Assembly: GCA_030696635.1 (NCBI GenBank)
Contig: JAUYRX010000024.1
Location: 41,401 to 105,400, forward strand
DNA from: Candidatus Melainabacteria bacterium
GTDB taxonomy: Bacteria; Cyanobacteriota; Vampirovibrionia; Obscuribacterales; Obscuribacteraceae
Direction of reading: 5' to 3'
DNA: 64,000 bases
Numbering within the stretch: position 1 is the first letter of the stretch; the number at the start of each line of letters is the position of its first letter. A program made the position numbers and the translations under genes. The notes under the pieces are model-generated. The model saw only the letters and a list, made by a program, of their open reading frames with translations. It did no database searches and had not been told where the DNA came from. Below, one piece after another: positions 57,919 to 64,000 of this stretch.

Positions 57919-59874
57919 ATGATCAAAAAAACCGGCATAACCCTAAAAAATGTGCCGGACATTCCTGTTCTTCACCAGATGCTGTCGCAGTCTCTCCAAA
58001 AGCCTGGCGAGAAGCTTGTCGCCACTTGGCGCAACAACGAAAAATTACTTTTTACCCTCGAACTAGTATGCTCGCTAAAAGACAGAGACCCTCGCTGGCT
58101 TTTGATTTGCGAAAAAAGTGGCAAACGTAGCGTTGTCTCGCAGATCAGTGGCCATGATGTGCTGTTGATTTACAAGCAAATTTCTACAGCGGCCTCCTCA
58201 GCCAACGAAGTCGTCTCTAGGGCAGAAGAAGCGGAGAATGCTATACGGCTTGCCAAGTCTAGCGACAACCATCCAGCCCTAACGAAGTCAGACATGACGC
58301 TCAGTGCTTCGGGAGGCCTAGGCGGAGGCAACACTGGCAATCAAGCTCCGAGCGCTCCAGCAAAGCCACCATCTAGCGCTTCAGTCAACATCTCAGCGCC
58401 AGCACGCACAAGACAGCTGCCGTTTGCCCTAATTGGAAAAATTGCAGAAATTTCGCTGCCAAAACTTCTGCAAGTAATTAGCAGCGAAAAAATGACTGGA
58501 CTTTTGCAACTTGAAGAAGAAGGCAATACAGCAAGCCTCTTCATTCAGGAAGGTCATCCAATTGAAGCAAAATTACTTGACACCGAAGGTGAACTAGCCG
58601 GTGACAGCGCCTTTGCCGAAATCATGTATTGGACAGAGGCCAACTACACATTCAAAGTTGGTGCCACCACTAGTACACGCAATTTAGTCAAATCGTCAGA
58701 AATACTGCTTGAGCACGTTCGGCCCCTAGCGCAAGTTCTAGAAGAATTGACTAAACGCGGTATGACAGCCGATTCGGTATTCAAACACGCCCACCAGAAT
58801 CTCACTGGTGAACAATTTACTGCGAAAGCGACTGCTGATGCGCCAGTAGACATGGAGGCCCTAGCCTCACTATACCTTCGCCTGGATGGCGACAGTACTA
58901 TGTCTGATTTGGAAAATGTACAAATTTTGCCGCGACCACTCTTGGTTAGGTCAATTCACCACCTAATTGCCTGCGACATCATTACATTCGTCAATAAAGT
59001 AGAAGCGAAGCCTGAGATTAAGCCAGTTATTCAACCAGCTATAAAGCCAGTTATAAAACCGGCCATCCAGCCAGCTGTAGCAAAATCGCCGCATCCAGAC
59101 AAGGCACCGCATCCAGACAAGGCAGCAGCACCGCCGCTCAACGCGCAACAGCAGCGGGCTCAGGCAATGTCTGCACCAATGGCTCAACCAGCGCAACCGG
59201 CTAGACCAGCCCCAGTGGCTCAGCCGGTCAAGCCCATTCCTTTAACTCAAACAACACAACCCAAGCAAACACCTACCACCCCGTTGGCCCAACCAACCAA
59301 AGTAGGCCCACCAACCAAACCTGTCGTTAAACCCAAAAACATAGATGGTGCAGCAATTCAGTCTGTAATGATGAGCCTGCGACGAGAAGACACTGGGCTT
59401 TTCATTCACCCAGCCTTTCTCTACTTCTTAGAAGAGGAATTCTTCCGCATCTATCGAGCAAAGGGCGCTATGTCGATTATTATTTTCGAGATACGTGAAG
59501 TAGTAAAAGTTGACGGTGCTGTGCGGCGCAAGCCTCTACCGATTGAGGCTATTGCCGATGCCACAATTCGTATCAACAGTAAGAAACGACACACTGATAT
59601 TGTGGCCCACTACGAGGCTTACGACTTTGGCATTCTCCTGCCTAGCACCAAATGCAATGGCACCAAGGTGTTTGTGCAAAAAATCATTAAAACCCTTATG
59701 GAAAAACCGCTAGCTGGTACAGAAGGCAAGCAGCTTTCTTATGCGTTTGGCTCAGCCAGCATTCCTGAAGACTTTACCGATATAAACTCGCTACTAGGTG
59801 CAGCAGAAATGAGCATGCACTATGCTCGTGATCGCGGCGAACAAATCATATTCTTCAAAGATCTGCTAGTTTAG
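57919..59874 (+). CDS. DUF4388 (PatA-N-like) domain, Pro/Gln-rich linker and degenerate GGDEF-like domain protein
   Basis: GKIAEISLPKLLQVISSEKMTGLLQLEEEGNTASLFIQEGHPIEA...GDSAFAEIMYWTEANYTF. C-terminal SIIIFEI...DIVAHYEAYDFGILLP...ARDRG, with EAYDF in place of GGDEF. Start set to ATG 57919 after AAGGGGGG. Confidence 0.7.
   Translation: MIKKTGITLKNVPDIPVLHQMLSQSLQKPGEKLVATWRNNEKLLFTLELVCSLKDRDPRWLLICEKSGKRSVVSQISGHDVLLIYKQISTAASSANEVVSRAEEAENAIRLAKSSDNHPALTKSDMTLSASGGLGGGNTGNQAPSAPAKPPSSASVNISAPARTRQLPFALIGKIAEISLPKLLQVISSEKMTGLLQLEEEGNTASLFIQEGHPIEAKLLDTEGELAGDSAFAEIMYWTEANYTFKVGATTSTRNLVKSSEILLEHVRPLAQVLEELTKRGMTADSVFKHAHQNLTGEQFTAKATADAPVDMEALASLYLRLDGDSTMSDLENVQILPRPLLVRSIHHLIACDIITFVNKVEAKPEIKPVIQPAIKPVIKPAIQPAVAKSPHPDKAPHPDKAAAPPLNAQQQRAQAMSAPMAQPAQPARPAPVAQPVKPIPLTQTTQPKQTPTTPLAQPTKVGPPTKPVVKPKNIDGAAIQSVMMSLRREDTGLFIHPAFLYFLEEEFFRIYRAKGAMSIIIFEIREVVKVDGAVRRKPLPIEAIADATIRINSKKRHTDIVAHYEAYDFGILLPSTKCNGTKVFVQKIIKTLMEKPLAGTEGKQLSYAFGSASIPEDFTDINSLLGAAEMSMHYARDRGEQIIFFKDLLV
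59089..59124 (+). repeat. Perfect 18-nt tandem duplication inside the Pro-rich linker
   Basis: CCGCATCCAGACAAGGCA x2 (PHPDKA PHPDKA). It is preceded by imperfect 24-nt units at 59020-59067 (KPVIQPAI / KPVIKPAI). Confidence 0.9.
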
Positions 59875-59887
59875 TCTTTAAACGGCA

Positions 59888-61156
59888 ATGAGCGAAGCTG
59901 AAGACACTAAACATGCTCAAGAACCACCAGCTCAATGGCTAGAAGAGCCCTATGTAGTAGTAGTTAACTACCAGGCCTCTGAAGTCAACAACGCCAGCTG
60001 GTTGGTTTACAAAGAAGAAACAGCCGGAAAGCTTGTAATGACTGCCTTTTGTGTAGCATTCGTAGTTACAGTCTTTGCCTCACTTTCCTATCTAGGCATC
60101 TTTACCAAATCACCGCTACCCGATAGCCCCTATCAAACATGGATCGCGCTGTCTTTGCTTATGGCAGTAATTTTAGTTCCACCGCTTTTCGCCTGCTGGT
60201 TATGGCAACTGATTAAAGCGAACCAGCTCGATACCTATGCTAGAGAACGTCGCTACCGCTCTCCAATCACTTATACACTTAGTTCAGCTGGCTTTCAGTG
60301 GTCAACTGACTCAATGACAATGCTTTCGCCGTGGACTGAAGTAAGTGCTTGTTATGAACTGGCGCAATCACTAACTCTCTACTCCGACAACACAATTATC
60401 CCGCTACCCAAGAGATGTTTTGCTTCCGCTGAACAATTGAAAAAAGTTCGAAAACTGATCATCGAGAGCGGAGTAGCTTATTCAACGCTAGGCCCCCAGC
60501 AAGCAGACATCGTCTTCGCTGGGATCAATCTCACAACAAACGCAAACAGAATAAATTCACACTCAGAAAAGGGAGCTACAGAAAGCGCAGAGCTAAGCTC
60601 CGATGCGACAGAATGGCAGCCAAGCACTCAGACACTGACAATACAATGCAACTATTCTCTAAAAGAACTAACTGAGGTGGACAAAAAGCTTTTCTTCAAG
60701 TACAGCCTAACCCTTCTTGGCTTGCGCTACATAGGTTTCATGCTAATTGGCTATTGCTATTCATGGTTTATGCTCTACATTCTTGGTGAAAAAATGGGTA
60801 GTGAATTCAACAAGATATTATTTTCGTACGCACCACTTATAATACCAATATTCTTTATACACGCCCGCGTCATCTTTGAACAAAGAATTGAAAACCTACG
60901 CGAATTAGTAAACCTAGACTTACCAGTTTACATAACTTTCTCAAATGACGAACTTGCTATTCGCTCTCGCCGGAATTTAATCGCCAACAAATGGGCCAAC
61001 TTCCTCAATTGCTTTGCTACAAAAGACCACTATATTTGCCGAGCTATTAGTGCCACTGTTATTATTCCTAAAAGTGCATTAGATAGCCGCTCAAAAGAAA
61101 TATACGTTGAAAAAATACTGCGCACAAAAATCAAAAGATACGAAGAATGGAGTTAA
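59888..61156 (+). CDS. Membrane protein with a duplicated (2 TM plus YcxB-like domain) module
   Basis: Module 1: TYTLSSAGFQWSTDSMTMLSPWTEVSACYELAQSLTLYSDNTIIPLPKRCF. Module 2: YITFSNDELAIRSRRNLIANKWANFLNCFATKDHYICRAISATVIIPKSAL. Confidence 0.6.
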   Translation: MSEAEDTKHAQEPPAQWLEEPYVVVVNYQASEVNNASWLVYKEETAGKLVMTAFCVAFVVTVFASLSYLGIFTKSPLPDSPYQTWIALSLLMAVILVPPLFACWLWQLIKANQLDTYARERRYRSPITYTLSSAGFQWSTDSMTMLSPWTEVSACYELAQSLTLYSDNTIIPLPKRCFASAEQLKKVRKLIIESGVAYSTLGPQQADIVFAGINLTTNANRINSHSEKGATESAELSSDATEWQPSTQTLTIQCNYSLKELTEVDKKLFFKYSLTLLGLRYIGFMLIGYCYSWFMLYILGEKMGSEFNKILFSYAPLIIPIFFIHARVIFEQRIENLRELVNLDLPVYITFSNDELAIRSRRNLIANKWANFLNCFATKDHYICRAISATVIIPKSALDSRSKEIYVEKILRTKIKRYEEWS

Positions 61157-61162
61157 TCATCA

Positions 61163-62104
61163 GTGAACGGTCTCTACAAGCAACTCCATAAAAGTCTTAT
61201 CGCCACCCTTGTAGTCGGCACGCTATCCCTAGCCATAGCACATCTACCTGAAGCAACCGCAGCCAGTCAAACCGAAATTCAATATCGTCGAGCGCAGCAG
61301 TTAATCAATCACAAACACGTAGCTGAAGGACAGCAGATTCTGATAAAACTTTGTCAAAGCCCAAGTGCTCCTGTTGAAGCACTCGGTTTGCTTGCCTTCA
61401 CATTTTTGGCTGAGGAGAGTACCATCACCGACGAACACTTAATAGAATGCGAGAAGCTAGCCAACCGGGCAATTAGGAAAGATCCTGAATGGGGAACTGG
61501 CTACAAGATACTGGCTCAAGTGAGCAATTTACAGAGCAAACCAGCCCTGGCGCTTAGCCAAAGCACAAAAGCTCTAAGCGTAAAAAAGCCAGAAATAAAA
61601 GCTTATCTGCAGCGCTGCCTCGCCTACGAGGCCCTAGGCAAGCACAAAGAGGCCTTAAGCGACATCACCATCTATACAGAAACGCACGATTCATCGGCCG
61701 ACATGTTCAACTTGAAAGGCTCTATTCTAGTCAGTATGAAACGCTATGACGACGCCATTGCGGCCTACCGTATGTCGCTGAAAAAACAATTTAGAGATTG
61801 GACTATTTTCCGCATAGTCGACTGCTTTGAGCAACAACATCAATATGACAAGGCCGCTGACGAGCTTTCAAGACTGATCAAAGTCAATGCTGCTGACGCA
61901 GAGGCCTACCAAACACGCGGCCGCATGCTGGGGCTTGCTAAGCACTACAAAGCAGCCATCGATGACTACACCATGGCAATCAAATTAGAGCCCAACGGAC
62001 GCTTTTACAAAGAGCGTGCTGCGCTCTACAAATTGACCGGCAAGCAGAAAGAAGCGGCTGAAGATTTAAGAAAAGCCAGCATTGAAGACAAATCTCAGTT
62101 TTAG
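61163..62104 (+). CDS. Secreted TPR-repeat protein
   Basis: GTG start with GGAG SD. Signal peptide IATLVVGTLSLAIAHLPEATA. TPR-like units: AYLQRCLAYEALGKHKEAL and AYQTRGRMLGLAKHYKAAIDDYTMAIKLEP. Confidence 0.75.
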   Translation: MNGLYKQLHKSLIATLVVGTLSLAIAHLPEATAASQTEIQYRRAQQLINHKHVAEGQQILIKLCQSPSAPVEALGLLAFTFLAEESTITDEHLIECEKLANRAIRKDPEWGTGYKILAQVSNLQSKPALALSQSTKALSVKKPEIKAYLQRCLAYEALGKHKEALSDITIYTETHDSSADMFNLKGSILVSMKRYDDAIAAYRMSLKKQFRDWTIFRIVDCFEQQHQYDKAADELSRLIKVNAADAEAYQTRGRMLGLAKHYKAAIDDYTMAIKLEPNGRFYKERAALYKLTGKQKEAAEDLRKASIEDKSQF

Positions 62105-62855
62105 AAAAAAGAGAATTGTTATAGGCGAAACGAACTCCAAGCGAAACAAAAACATTGAAAGGCTAATCGTGGAAGAAAAGACTTGGCGTGACGATATTGA
62201 CGATTTCATTAGTAAAAAAATGGAAAGCACTGGCTTCAAATTAATCGATGACAACTTTCACTATGCGCTGGAGTTAGGGGCCCAGGCTGATATGGTCGTA
62301 CAGATCAAGCAAGGATATAGATATTCAGAAGTTAAGAACACAACGATTTATGTGAACATGGGTGTAATTCACAAAGAACTGGCTGCACTGGAGGGTCTTC
62401 TCAAAATGCCGACTACAGTGCCGTTACTATCACCTCATTGGTTTCATTCAGACGAGCAATACTGGCTATTCTCATATAATTTGAATCCCTCGCCGCCTGA
62501 CTTGCTCTGGGTGATTGAATGGGGTCACCTAAAAAAATATGTTCACAAGGTCACTGGTTCAGTAGTTGAAGGCGTTGTGCAGCGGGGTATACCACTGGCT
62601 CGGAGATTTCAGTCTCTTGAATCAATCATTCAGGAGTTTACTGCACCACAAGATACAACGCCAAAACTCTGGCTCAAGTATGCCAAGCTCCAAACGGTAT
62701 ATTTACTCGCCAATCGAATCGACGAGGCAGAAAAAGAGTTTGAACGCTTTAGAGAACTTTTCAAAAGCGAGCAACCAAACAAGTATGCTTTAGAATTTGA
62801 AAAAAATTTTTTGTCTGAACTCGCTAAGCGGAAGGCAACCCAAGACAAACCCTAA
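62082..62855 (+). CDS. Hypothetical protein (start uncertain)
   Basis: 257-aa ORF overlapping the TPR gene by 23 nt. An alternative ATG lies at 62220 (MESTGFKL). No motif recognised. Confidence 0.5.
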   Translation: MKTNLSFRKKRIVIGETNSKRNKNIERLIVEEKTWRDDIDDFISKKMESTGFKLIDDNFHYALELGAQADMVVQIKQGYRYSEVKNTTIYVNMGVIHKELAALEGLLKMPTTVPLLSPHWFHSDEQYWLFSYNLNPSPPDLLWVIEWGHLKKYVHKVTGSVVEGVVQRGIPLARRFQSLESIIQEFTAPQDTTPKLWLKYAKLQTVYLLANRIDEAEKEFERFRELFKSEQPNKYALEFEKNFLSELAKRKATQDKP

Positions 62856-62974
62856 ACACCAGCTCCGGAACATTATCAAAACAATTGAGCAAGTGTTTTG
62901 GCCGAACCTACCAAAGCTCAAACTGTGAGAACATACACAGGTATCTACAAGAATCTTTTTACTGCGGAGTTCGC

Positions 62975-64000
62975 TTGAATAAATCTCTCAGCTCAATTGT
63001 GCTGTGTTCTTCACTGCTCATCAATTCTGCACCTGCTGCCTGGGCTACGCCCATGGACGACACCAAAGTGCAAATGAAGAGTCAAAACAAATCACTCGCC
63101 GCAGCAGAAGAGCTTGAGTCTGCCGTCAAGAATGTGGAAGCAACCGGCGACTTTACTAAACTAATTACGGTAATTAGTCCACGCTCGTTCGGCTTGGAAA
63201 AATCACTCAGCACTGACGACAGGAATAGAATAGCTAGTCTGATTGACCGTGCCCTGCTTAAGCTCAAGACCGTTAAGCAAACAGATGATACCAGAGACTG
63301 TCAGGCAATGATTGCGCGCTATTTCAATACAATAAATCTCAAAGATAGAGCCATTGAACACTATAAAGACGCAATCAGTTCTAGTGAAGCTCAGTGGAAG
63401 CAGCCAAAAGCAAAGGTTAGCATGCAGCCACCGGGTGCAGCAGGGTTCGAGCGCAGCTGTAAAACCGCCCTAGCACTGCTATATCTAGACAAGGGAAATC
63501 TTTCAGCGGCTGATAGATTGAATCGAGAAGTTAATTGGCCGTGGGCTGACATGCCAGGCGAAGAAAAAGAGAAGATGTTTCGCGACGGTATGTCACCTGC
63601 GGCGAGCCGCAGCGGCCCAGCTCTTCTTGCATCTCGGTTGGCAGTGGCCTACGACGCTGCAGGCAACAAAAAAATGGCAGCAAGAAGCTACGCTAATATG
63701 CTCGCCCACGAGACATTTTCCCTTGATCCAGTGTTAAAAACTACTCCAGCATCAATCTATCCAACTATAATCACCACGGTCACTACTAGCAGCGAGACAC
63801 CGTACAATTTCAATAGCATCGACTTTGATCAGCTAGTAGGTGTTTTCCCTTCAACCGAAACAATAGTGAGACCATTTATAGGTTTCGCAGAGAGAAATCC
63901 AGCGCTTGTGCCGAAAGAAAAACTGCAGCAAGTGAAAGGACAGCTGCAAACTATGGCTGCAATCAAGCTAGCAAAGTCACGAGCAAAGCTGTACTTTGAC
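62975..64000 (+). CDS. Secreted hypothetical protein; 3' end outside the window
   Basis: Own translation from TTG 62975 with GGAG SD 5 nt upstream: (M)NKSLSSIVLCSSLLINSAPAAWATPMDD... It stays open for 342 codons to the window end and is absent from the ORF track because it has no stop. Confidence 0.55.
   Translation, partial: MNKSLSSIVLCSSLLINSAPAAWATPMDDTKVQMKSQNKSLAAAEELESAVKNVEATGDFTKLITVISPRSFGLEKSLSTDDRNRIASLIDRALLKLKTVKQTDDTRDCQAMIARYFNTINLKDRAIEHYKDAISSSEAQWKQPKAKVSMQPPGAAGFERSCKTALALLYLDKGNLSAADRLNREVNWPWADMPGEEKEKMFRDGMSPAASRSGPALLASRLAVAYDAAGNKKMAARSYANMLAHETFSLDPVLKTTPASIYPTIITTVTTSSETPYNFNSIDFDQLVGVFPSTETIVRPFIGFAERNPALVPKEKLQQVKGQLQTMAAIKLAKSRAKLYFD

Noticed and set aside
1-64000. 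Looked for rRNA, tRNA, CRISPR arrays, transposases, integrases, phage structural genes and reverse transcriptases
   Set aside because: I found no tRNA-like T-arm or acceptor patterns and no regularly spaced direct repeats. No ORF has DDE, tyrosine- or serine-recombinase, or RT motifs. This was a visual scan only, so a tRNAscan, Infernal or ISfinder run could still find something.

Overview
This 64-kb bacterial chromosomal segment is gene-dense, has mid-range GC by eye, and uses strong GGAGG-type ribosome-binding sites. I saw no rRNA, tRNA, CRISPR array, transposase or integrase. All family names come from motifs read by eye, because no searches could be run.

**Recognisable genes**
- Housekeeping genes: mdh (cut by the window edge), an LPLAT acyltransferase, overlapping PrsW-type and RseP-type intramembrane proteases, and an ABCD/SbmA-like ABC half-transporter.
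- Further housekeeping genes: an S1-domain protein, ppa, a SpeB-like ureohydrolase, an S41 peptidase, a CNNM/CBS transporter, APC permeases, a hotdog thioesterase and an RlpA-like protein.

**Signalling content**
- A PP2C phosphatase, a Hanks kinase with an LRR ectodomain, and a roughly 2,090-aa kinase-STAND-GAF-HisKA-REC-Hpt protein.
- Two paralogous OmpR/HK pairs and a DUF4388 protein with a degenerate GGDEF domain.

**Candidates for undescribed biology**
1. A nine-gene minus-strand cassette (21203-28847). It starts with two small proteins followed by a hairpin, continues through orphan membrane proteins, and ends in a tightly spaced radical-SAM gene and PLP-fold gene.
2. A roughly 300-nt paralogous intergenic element carrying 11-nt phased CCACAG repeats. 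One copy is split by a 1.2-kb single-gene insertion.
3. A Gly/Ala-rich module shared by three proteins that have different C-termini: none, PP2C, and a minimal kinase-like fold.
4. Three tandem RDD-like paralogues, and a gene-decay zone at 38.7-41.3 kb.
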